Shown here in pieces: positions 40,448 through 52,400 of a stretch of 64,000 nt of DNA; position 1 is the stretch's first letter; the number at the start of each line of letters is the position of its first letter. A program made the position numbers and the translations under genes. The notes under the pieces are model-generated. The model searched no databases. It saw nothing but the letters and a program-made list of their open reading frames with translations, and had not been told where the DNA came from. This DNA comes from Paraspadella gotoi (Eukaryota > Animalia > Chaetognatha), in assembly GCA_051294375.1 (NCBI GenBank), contig CM119268.1, forward strand, positions 21,596,010-21,660,009. The letters run 5' to 3'.

Positions 40448-43400
40448 AAAAGCGACGATCGTAAGTCGCCTCACTCGTTTATTCGATTTCTGGAGATCCA
40501 ATGCTAATTAACTGAATTATAACATACAGATCTATAATGAAAATGTAATTGTGATGAACGAGTCAACCTGTGAAAAGTTGGACAAATTTATTGAGATAAA
40601 TTGAATTATTGAAATTCAAAATTGCCTAACCTAAACCTCCAAGCATTGAGCGCAACTGGACGTTTTTCTTACTCTTGTGCGATGATGAGCAGAGTACAAG
40701 GAACCGACAAACGATACTTGGAACTTGACGACCTGAAACCATAATTTGTTTTGCACCCTTTACTTCACAAAATAACCTGTTTGCACGAATCTGTATTGCA
40801 CCTTTCATTCGACCAAAAATTGATTTTTGCATGTTTTCGCACTGAGAATTAATTGCAACCTCTCTTACCGACACAACGACAGACATTGAGGGCGACAATG
40901 CCAATGAGCAATGCCAACATGACAATTGAAATGCAACAAGAACGACCAAAGTAAAGATTAGAATGGTCAGGCTGACAAATGCCGAAAACCTGATGTGAAT
41001 GGGAATGGAACATGATTTATATTGTCCAGCCGAGTTGTGAGCAGACTAGAACGAAACATTTCCTGCCTTAGGTAACGAAATTCCTTACCAAATTAATATT
41101 TTATATTTTAACTTTAACAAAAAACCCGCACTTGCAAAAAGAATCCTTACTTAAGGTCTGAGTCCTTACCCTTTTAACACCGTTAAAAGGACATTTCGGC
41201 TCTCGCACTCTCAGCAAACTGAGTTGCCGTCAACGTTTTGAATTTAAATTAAAAATATGAAAACGTTATAACTTTTGAAATTGATGTACTAATTATAATT
41301 TTGCGCACCTTTAAAGAGGATAATAAACTGATTCCGTTACACTCCATTTTGGGGTTAGACAATAAGGAAGAGCAGAAATGAGTTTTCCTTTATGATGTAA
41401 ATGGACAAATAGAATCGAGTAAAAATTTTTTCGTTGATTGTGAAAAAATATCGAAAAAAATTGATGAAATGAATGAACATTTTTGGGCCGTGAAGACTGC
41501 CATATGGTGGAAAAGTTGGTGATGTTTGTTACATTATGGTTCTCAAATAATAAAATATAATTATTACCATTTAGTTCCGAATGTTGCCGGGCAGTTAACT
41601 TATNNNNNNNNNNNNNNNNNNNNNNNNNNNNNNNNNNNNNNNNNNNNNNNNNNNNNNNNNNNNNNNNNNNNNNNNNNNNNNNNNNNNNNNNNNNNNNNNN
41701 NNNGAAGAGAGAGAATGAGAGCTCGGTCTCGTTGCTTCAAAATCATTCGATTCTGCTGATTGTAACAATGGAAGCGATTCGTATTAACTTAAAAATTCAA
41801 TTTCGATAGATTGACTTGGTATTTTATTGATGTTTTAATTCTTTAATATATGAACTTATGAACTCAACGAACGTTCCACGACACCAGAATACTTCAACAA
41901 GAGGAATTGTCACTGTCGATGGAATCATGCTGATGAGGACCAATAACAATTTATAAAGTAATGGTCATCTGTATAAACTTGTAAAGAAAACTTATCTATA
42001 ACCTAGGTGAGCAAGGTGACACACGCACAGCCCCGCAGCTAAAAACACATCGTCACTTGCAAACTTCCGTTGAAGATCTCTTTTATCGGAAAAGATTTTT
42101 TCTGTAGTACAACCCTAAATCATTTACATACTATCACATTCCATATTGATTGGTCTAATACTTGGCTTGCCAATGACCTTTACACATCGTCTTTCATTGC
42201 ACATTTTTTTCATTTTCTTTTTGTCTAACTAATGAACATTTTAAAAGACCTTTATATACAAAGAATCAATATTAAATATCTTCTTAAATATATTGGAAGA
42301 AAATGACATATTTAAGAATATGAAAATAAGCTAACCGCACTAACCAAGCCAGCTTTAGTTTAATCAGGATAACAAATTAAAATATAAAATCCCTAAAATA
42401 TATATTTTTTTATAACGATCTCAACCAATTATTGTTGGTGGAAGCCCTGCACTCCACATCGCAGCCACAGTAATCAAAACCCAAGAACATGACCAAATCG
42501 GATCAACGACTCGAGTAAAATTCGCCGGAAGCAGAATGAACTCTGCTCATTGCCAGGAAACAAATGGCACAGCCAATGACAGATGGGGCTTCCGATCCAC
42601 CGAGGACTTTTATCCTTACCTTCTTGACCCGATGGAACTGTAATAAATTGGCAACTAAGTTTTGTATCTGCACTTCACTCTGCCCTGGAAATTGACCACC
42701 GTCTTGTTTCTGCTCTATATTCTAATAATAAATCCGCCACACTTTGGGTTTCACTATTCGATCCTCGTCTACTTACCTAAATGCGGTGGCAGTGGTGGGA
42801 TTCGAACCCACGGCCTTCCAGAGAGACCAATGATTCCCCCGTTTCCAATCAACAAATCAGCGCAGGAGACCCTCGATCAACAATACCTGATGCGCTCCTC
42901 ACCTACAGCAACTCAGTCCCTCTCTCTGTGGACTGAGCTTCGCCAAAACGAGGCTGCAGGGGCGAGAACCAGGAAGTCCAGCACCCTGCCGCCAACGGCA
43001 GCACGGATGGACAATCGCCTACCTCGCCAGAAGAGGCGCCAAGTCAGCAGGCGCCCTAAACCGCCTACGGGCACATTACGAGTGGCGTTGGAATCTTTCC
43101 GAAAGGCCACCCTCCCTGACCGGCGCAGCAGCGATCACCTTGACGCGCACTGTCAGCTCACAGTCCCCTGACACGCCATTGACCTTGGTTGGAAACGCTT
43201 TTGGTCAAATCTTTGGTCTCTCTCTTCTCTCTCCTCTCCATAATCTCTGATTAAAACTTGGCATACTGTGTGCTAGATCTGGCAATAATTTCAGACCGCT
43301 TAGGCCAGTAAAAAATTATCTTGGCATAATTGCTACAAACTGGCATAATCACTTCTTCATCCATTCCAGAATCTTGAAAAAATTGCACTTTTTTCAAAAG

Positions 43401-46400
43401 AAGCGCCCCTTGCCTGCGGCTCCTGAAGCAGCGAATTCAAACACACGCACAAAACTGCATCTCTTGCTGGAATGCCATCGTCACTCCTTTTGACGGGTAA
43501 GCGCGACAAAATTCATAATTTTAATTGGAACAGCATTAAACTTATCCATTATTGGGTATTAATTATTGTGTTAAAATATTTCTTGTTGCACCAAAATGTT
43601 CTGAACGCCACGAGCTCAATTCGCTAATTAATTTATCATATTGCCTATCATACAGTCCAAAATTTTTTTTGATATTTAGCTTTTTTATGATCTCTGCACT
43701 AGAGCTTCAAAAAGTACAGCACACAAACCTATAATTACACCACTTTCTTACAAATTTTGATGCTTCTCTATTACTAAACCAATTAGCCTACGTAACACCA
43801 AACCTGCTATAAAACTCATCCGGATGACGATGATTGATGATGAATTTTTTTAAGGTTTTTCCTCAATTTAACAGCCTTACTCATCAGAAATATCGAAAAA
43901 GGATTATCACTTCTGTGTAGTTAACTTTCATCACTACTTGCCAACATCTGCTTTAAGAAGTGTCTCGCCTCTCACCATTGCTAATAGCTTCCTCCATCGT
44001 TCATATTATCAGTCATCGTTTTTGTGATCGATCCTGACTAGGCCTCTGGTTAAAACTTAGCATACAGTGTGCGCATATCTGCCAAATTTCAGACCGTTAC
44101 AGTAAAAAAATTATTAGGCAATAGCATACAATCTGCCATATTCAAAATATGAAAAAATTAAGGTTTTTCCATTCACACGTTTTGGACAAAGTAACCGAAC
44201 AAACACTTCCTCTGGCAATCACTGAATCTGTATTAAATATGCTATAAACTTTTTTATTATTTATTTCTTTGATAACAAACTTGTTAATTGATTGTTAAGT
44301 GTCATCTTCACTGCCCGACGCTAGTTTCGACTATAGAAAAACATTGATCTTGTAGGAAACAGCTGCACACTCTTTATTTAGACCATCGCATTCAACCCAT
44401 TTAGCTCGGTTCATTATCTCACGGCAGCAAATCCTCGCGTGGTGAGGCTAAAAAAAACAAAATCTTCACCAAATAAGAAGGTGCAGAGGCAAGACGGAGC
44501 CGAGCCTCAGAGCAGCAGACGAGAGAGAGGACAGAAGAGAGCAAACTTTCAACCAACCATTAAATATAAAAACATTTTTCAAAAAGAGTTATATTCTCTT
44601 CTATAAATTTTACTGCGATCCAAAATCTGCGCCAAAAAAATCTTAAGAAAAAACTATTTTCAATTTTAACATTATCTAGCATTAATACTCAGCTCATAAA
44701 TCATGCCGCCTACTGCGTAACATATGTACAAATTTATCTATCACATTTCCTCTCCTTTATACACTCAACTTTTATTAGTATAATATTGTAACGTTCCTAC
44801 ACTTGTTAGATATTTTTATTAAGTTTTAAATTTTAGAAATTTACTACACCTATGTGTAGTTCTGTAATACTAAAATAGCAATGGTAAAGCAAACTTTAAA
44901 AAGTGCATTACAAGTGCAAGACACTAAGGCGTCAGTTGGTTGGATCTTACCCCTTTTACAGGACTTGACTGGTTATATGGCTCTTTGCTTAAGCAATTCA
45001 CAAAAAGTCTTATTTTTTTCGTCTTTTTTGTTTTTATCTGTCTAAATGATTATCTAATTATCTAATAATAATCATTTCTCTTTCCTCTTGTAACCGTTTT
45101 GCATTAAATTAGCTAAAAGATAATTTGGCATAATATTTAACATAGTAAAAAAAATAGCCATTTTCAGCATAATTTGGGCGATATCTAGCGCACATTTTTT
45201 CTGTAGAGGCTTAATTCTTTCTCTCGCTGAGTCACCCAGCAAGCCAGAATTTTTTGTTGCAAAAGTAGTGTTGGGAAAAAAAGACCCTAATCCCAAACCC
45301 TAATCCCAATCCTAATATCTATCCCCTAAACTAACCTTATCCCTAACCGAAACTCTAAACAATTAATCCATCGTTCAAATAATCGTCATCATTTTTGTCG
45401 ATCCCTATCCTGACTCTGAGTCATCCAGCCAAAGAGAGAGAGCGAGCGAGAGAGATTCGCTGCTCCGTCGGCAAGGGGGCTTCGATGATTGAAAAGGCCC
45501 CTGATTCTTAGTCGGATCTGCTTATCAACTGCTCAAACTTGTTTTCTATATATAGTAATATAATATTTTCAATTAGGCTAGTACCCTCAGAAGAAAGCAT
45601 TTTTGACAAAAGATATTTTAATACCGTAATCTATGCTCATGATAGATTATTTTAACGTTGTATACATCAGCATTTAAATTTCATCGTCTATGGCTAATCT
45701 TCGATGAGCAGATCCGACTAAAAACGCAAGTTGGACAGACCGACAGACAAATGGACAGAAAAGTGACTTACCTAGTTGCTCAGCGAGTACTCGCGGCGGA
45801 AGAAAAAAATATAAAGGATAACCTACTCTCTATTATATTAATTTTTAGTCGGATCTGCTTATAAGCAGATCCCGACTCTGTAATTCACTTTGTCGGTCCG
45901 CCCTCTCAATCTTGTCGGGCATTCACTTATATCATGTCAGAACATCGAATTATGATAAATTATACAAAAAAAACGATGTCGTCCGTCCGTCCGTCTGTCC
46001 GTCCGTCCATCCCACATTAGCAAAAAAATCCAATTGCTCGTGATTGGATGGATAAATTGGAATGAAATTTTGTGTGTAGGTAGGGAAGCGTGTGATTAAG
46101 CTGGATATGAAGTTTCGATGAAATCGTGCGAGTGGAAATGAGTTTAAATGGAAAAAAAATATATTTTACTATTTGAACGTCAATTACTCATGAGTGGATG
46201 GAGCGATTGACTTGAAATTTTGTATGTGTGATTAAGCTGGAAATCAAGTTTCGATGGAATCGTTTGAGTGGAAATGAGTTTAAATGGAAGAAAAAACCTG
46301 TTTCACTAATTGATTATATTTTTTTTCTTTTTATATTAAATGTAAATGCAAGATGTATTAATTAAACAAATAATTAATCAGTTAATTAATCAATTAGTCA

Positions 46401-49400
46401 ATTAATTAATAATTAATTAATTAATCAATCAAATATTCAATCAATAAATTTATTTAGTTATCTATTAATAAATTATACAATAATCAATTTATTTATAAAT
46501 TAATTAATTATTTAATCAATCAATCAATTTATTAATTAAATTATTATTTTAGTTTATACAGTTTGTATTAATTAATTAATTACCACTAATGATCGTTGAC
46601 AGATCCGACATTGTTTGCTCAAACTTGTTTATAAATAACAACCAGACGGATTTAAATGAGCAGAATTAAAAAAATTTTCTTCTTTTTTATTTTTAAGGTT
46701 AGATTCAGAATCAAGGAAATTTCCACTAAGTATTCGGCTGCTACAATTCTTCAGCCATCGTCATCCAAAATTATTTAACAAAGCCATTAAAGAAACTGAT
46801 AACTGGGTTGTTGACGAAAGTACCTCTCCAAGAGATATGCTGTTGATCAAAAGGTGGTGTACAATTACATATCATACACTAGAGTAGATAAATGTTATTG
46901 CATATTGAGATTTATAATCTTTAATTAATATTAAGAAAAAGTTTGATTTGTTTTCAACAACGATTTGTTTTTATTTCAAAAACGTACATTTTTCGGCTTT
47001 TTATTCAAGCCTTCATCAGCGCCAAAAGTGGTTTTGAAAATTTAACAGATTTTTGTGTAGGCGTATCAGGCTAGAAAGACATTGTTGAAAACAAATCAAA
47101 CTTTTTCTTAATCAAAACAAAAGAAAGAAAGGATTATATACCACATATATTCATATATATACACAATATATAATAAATTTGTAAAAATATCTATATAAAA
47201 TGAGAGTCTTGATTGAAAGCTTGCAGGGACCTGCTATGTCATTATCTTGTAAGAGTGATGGAGGCCTTAAACCACCAAAGCCTGTCCAAAGTCAGGGGCA
47301 AGATTGCTTATTTATTAAATGAACGGATAATTTTTATATTGGTTGTACCAATTTCATAAAATAAATTTTAAATTTGTATTAACCATTCAGATTTCATAAA
47401 AAATTTCAGATTTTATAAGAAAAACTAATGTTAAATGAAAATATTACTTTGATCAACCTAAACATAATATTATAGCATATTTACTAAGTTTATGGTATTT
47501 TTAGGCAACCCGGAATATATTTTAAAAAATTAAAATCATAATTGCACTAAAATGAAAAATAAATATAAATAAAGATAAACAACCATATTATGCACTTGTT
47601 ACTTTAAATTTTTAGAAGCCCCAGCAACGAGTATATCAATAATGAGGCACTACAGATACTAATCGATCTGCAGGTTTGTTGTTTTTTTTATTTTGTTTGG
47701 TTGATTTTTAGTTGCCGCCTGAGTACTCGCGGCGCAACTCTGTACGACACTTGGATGTCCATCGGTCAGTCGTTTTGAATATTCATAACTTGGGTAAAAA
47801 AGCATCAATTAGGTTCATATTTGGCAGCAAGGCAAGTACCATGTGCATATGTATCATACTTAACAGCTTCAAGATCACCCAAAAAAGTAAAGTCATGATC
47901 GAAAATTTAATGCTAAATAATTCATGAAATATTTAGTTATTTTAGTTATTGCTTTTGTTGCATAAAAAAGGCTTCCCTTTGAGGCGATAAAAGGGGCCAC
48001 CCCCTGGGGCAGTTTACCCCGAGTGGAAAATATTTTTAATCATTTAGGGGAGCCCCTAATACAACATACCTAAGGGTGACCACCGAGGCAATGCCCGACT
48101 ACATACACTGCGTCCTAATGGTACTGTCGGTTAACTTTTACATATTGTGCGGAACTGTGTTAGTAAATCTTATTTCTGAGATAACAAAGTCAAAGATAAG
48201 TTCTTACCATTTATGATACTTTATTTTGAATTCAATTTTTCTTTGCAGAACATTATATTTAAATGAGTGATCATTTCTCACTTTTTTAATTTTTAGATAA
48301 TTTCTTTTATTTTAAAATAGATTTTATTAAACAAATTACATAAAAAATATTTTAAATAGATATAAATTATTTAAATTTTAATGTGTATAAAATAAGTGAA
48401 TTAATAAAAAGAAAAAAATAAATATTAAAAAAAAAAATATGCTAATTAATTTGATATTTAAATTTCATTATTTGAAGTTATGAGCGATTGAATCATTAAG
48501 CCAGAACAATTGGTAGCTATTTATTCAATAAAATATTATTAAATTAATTAAAAAAGTAATATGAACAAGGTAAGTAGATAATTTTCCTATCCTATAAAAT
48601 GGTCTGTACTTGTATGCATATTCATTATAATGAATTAAAGTTTTTCGATCTGGTATAGGAGCAGTAAGCTTTTCTTAACAAACAGTACCATTGGGACACA
48701 CTGTATACAATTATTAAAAGAGCATAGGACAAAGAATTGTTAAATTTGAATGTCTTGATTAAAGGCTAAAAAGGGGCTTGCTTATAATTAAATATTATAT
48801 TATAAGAGCTTTTTATGAAGAGTAATGGACTAAATGGAGGCCTTAATCTACCTGAACTAAATGGAGGCCTTAATCTACCTGAACTAAATGGAGGCCTTAA
48901 TCTACCTGAACTAAATGGAGGCCTTAAATCTACCTGAACTAAATGGAGGCCTTAATCTACCTGAACTAAAAGGAGGCCTTAATCTACCTGAACTAAATGG
49001 AGGCCTTAATCTCCCTGAACTAAAATGGAGGCCTTAATCTAACCTGAACTAAATGGAGGCCTAAAAGCTACCTGAACTAAATGGAGGCCTTAATCTACCT
49101 GAACTGAAATGGAGGCCTTAATCTACCTGAACTAAATGGAGGCCTTAATCTACCTGAACTAAATGGAGGCCTTAATCTACCTGAACTGAAATGGAGGCCT
49201 TAATCTACCTGAAGTGAAATGGAGGCCTTAATCTACCTGAACTAAATGGAGGCCTTAATCTACCTGAACTAAATGGAGGCCTTAATCTACCTGAACAAAT
49301 GGAGGCCTTAATCTACCTGGAACTTGCTCCAAATCATGAGGGAGGATAGTTTGAAACACTTTTATATTAGTTTTAGTAATTTTAAAAAGTTCTTTTGTCA

Positions 49401-52400
49401 TCTACATATCTTGGATCTACCGAATAAACTTGTACCTAAACTGTTTTAATGATGGTAGGTTATTCAATATTCTTATAGTGTATTAACCAATGTTTTATTA
49501 ATTTTTTTTTAATTGTTAATCTTATAATATTATTTTCTATATCACTCTTTTAACAATAATAATTTTTTAATATTGTTTATTTGATGTCATTTAACAAACT
49601 ACCTTTTCTTTAAGAAAAAAAATTCAAATCCAAATCATAAAGAGATGGATTTGCTCAAGTTTTTGAGCATCCAATTGATAAAAGAATCACATGAACAAAT
49701 TGCAGTAATGTTAAAAGGTGAGTTCTGTTGAATACCTTGTTGTCTTCTAAACAATTTTTGAATAATAGATTATTTATCATAACTAAAAGGTTGCGGTCGT
49801 TCTTTAATGGTTTTGCAAAGATGCTGAAAAGGTTAATACATATTGATGCATCCAGGTCAAAAAAGAAGTTATTCCGATGCATGCATAGGATGTATGGATC
49901 AAAGATATGTCCATTAGAACCAAACATAAAAATTGAATTGGACAAAAAATTTCATGAAGGTTTGTCTATCATAATTCTAAGAAGCTAAAAATCTGGCTTT
50001 TGAAAGCAGGATTGACAATTACATGGTGTTGCTGTTTTTTAGCTGTTTTAACTTATGAGATCGTGTTTTAGATGATTGTGCAGTAAAGCGTAGTAAAATT
50101 TTTAAATTTAATTTAAATTAAAATTCGAAAAGTGAGAAAAGAACAATCTTATACTAATGAATGTTTATGTATAAAAAATTTTGTAATAAAAATTATACAA
50201 TTTATGCAGTACATATTTATACATAGTACTTGTAAAGAGAGGTCGTACGCGTGCAATACCTGGCGTCGACGTGAAAACACTGATCTTTTGTTAGAAACGT
50301 TGCTAAGTGTTAGAGAAGATCAGTACTGTTTTGGAACGCCAGGGATCGCCCACTGCTAACAGAAGAACACTGAATTTTCTACTCCCCGGATGACGTTAAC
50401 TAAGTTTTTAATATTTAATCCCTGGATTATGACATATAAGTTTTTAATATTTAGTACTGTCTTAGTTAGCCTCAGCTGGAATTATATCTATCTCCAAAAC
50501 GCCAAGTTGATAACGTAATTGTTGATGTAATCGTCAATTGATGAGGATGTGGTGGTTGATGTGGTTGTTAAGAACCTTTAAACAATTAATTATCATTTCA
50601 AATAATTAATTCCTCACAATCATTTCTTATTTCATACTTAGTAAGGGTCTTCAGGGGAGTGTAGAAAATATCTTAATATCTTCCGTTAATGGGCGATCCC
50701 TGGCGTTCATTTTGACAGTACTGAGCTTTTCTAAATGGTTGGCAACGAACTAACAATTATCAGTATTTACATAACGACGCCAAGTATTGCACGCGTACGA
50801 CCTCTCTTTACAGTACTAATCCAATAAATGTTACAATATCAAATTAGTTTTTTGTAAGAATTTATTACAGATTTGGATCCGTCAAGAAAAGTTGATATAA
50901 ACAAATATAACTCTTTTTTAAAAATTCTTTTATTAAGTTGGTCAAAAATCAAAAAAACCTATATTTTAAACTGAAAATTAGAACTTTATATGTTAAATAT
51001 GGTTTTTTTAATTTTTAACCCACTTTATGAAATAATTTTTAAAAATGATTTATATTTTTTTTTAGAAACTTTTGACGAGGAATTCAAATCTGTAATAAAA
51101 ATTAAGAAAAGCCGATTTTTAAATTTTCCAATTTTATAAGGATAGTATTATTTATTATTTATTATACTGCGAAAATTAAAAAACATAAAATTAATTGTTT
51201 TTACCAATTAATATTCACTGATGCTATGTTGTTCATAATTTACTTTTAAAATTTTTGTACGTAACTTTCACTACGCTCTATTGTGCAGTCGGTAGAGTTT
51301 ATTAGGTTTATCAGTAAGGTGGGCATATTCGTAATCCCGGACGATGGCCTCTATGTGGATGAGTAAGTGTCAGAAGCATTTCATCATTATCCTATGATGT
51401 TGTATAATGTACATTTAGACAAAGTATATGTCACAAAAACAATGTTATTCGGGATGGAAATATTGCATTGTCTATTAAATAGATTTTTTGTCCTATAACA
51501 TGCTAAAAATGATGATAAAGATTAACTATTTTTAGTAAATATATTTATTTTTAGCTATTGATAGTACAAAAAGTGGATTACTCCCGGCTTATGTGGCCCG
51601 CATAAAAAGACCTGCTATACAGTACAGATGGTGGAAAAATCAAAACTTCCCATGTGTAAGTTATTTCAACTAAGAAAACTAATTTTTATAAAAATTTATT
51701 TATGCATTAATTTAAAATAAGGTTTAGTTTACTAATGAAAAAATATTTTTTTATTTATACAAGGGTGTTGGTGATATTATTTTACCTAATAGTACTTCTT
51801 GCTTGTGTCTTCCATTTGTGAAAGGCACAGAAACTTTTGGTATCTTTGAACTTCTACGCTTTGAAGGTTAAAATAGTCTTTTATTCAAAACTTGCCATAT
51901 AAAAAACTGTATTATTTATTATTATAACAGAATATATAATTTTATATCTGAAATTAACTCAACAAAGACTTAATTAATATTGCAACATACATAAATCATA
52001 AAATTCAACCTTTAATTTTTTAAATAAAGTATTAACATTTTTAAGAATCCTAATTAAATTTATGAGATATTATTATGTATATTTTTTAATTACAATTGTT
52101 TTGATTAAACAGATGAGATAAGAAATGATTCAATCATAAAGAATATTCTTTGAGAATGATTTTTTATATCCAATGATCTTATTAAAATAGAACTAAAATT
52201 ACCATTCACTTTGGCCGAAGATATTGATTTGAAATGTCCTCCCTCTCTCTCTCTCTTTCTCTCTCTCTCTTTGTACACTTGACCAGTTATTATTATCTTT
52301 CCCTCGATTATGCTTATATAAAAAATTTTAAAAATATTTGTTAATTTTTAAAATTAATCAATCAAATAAAATTATTCTTCATCAATGATTAACCATTAAT

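Noticed and set aside
48830-49322. CRISPR-like array of 27-bp repeats
   Set aside because: Units are contiguous with no unique spacers, there are no cas genes, and the context is a eukaryotic intron.
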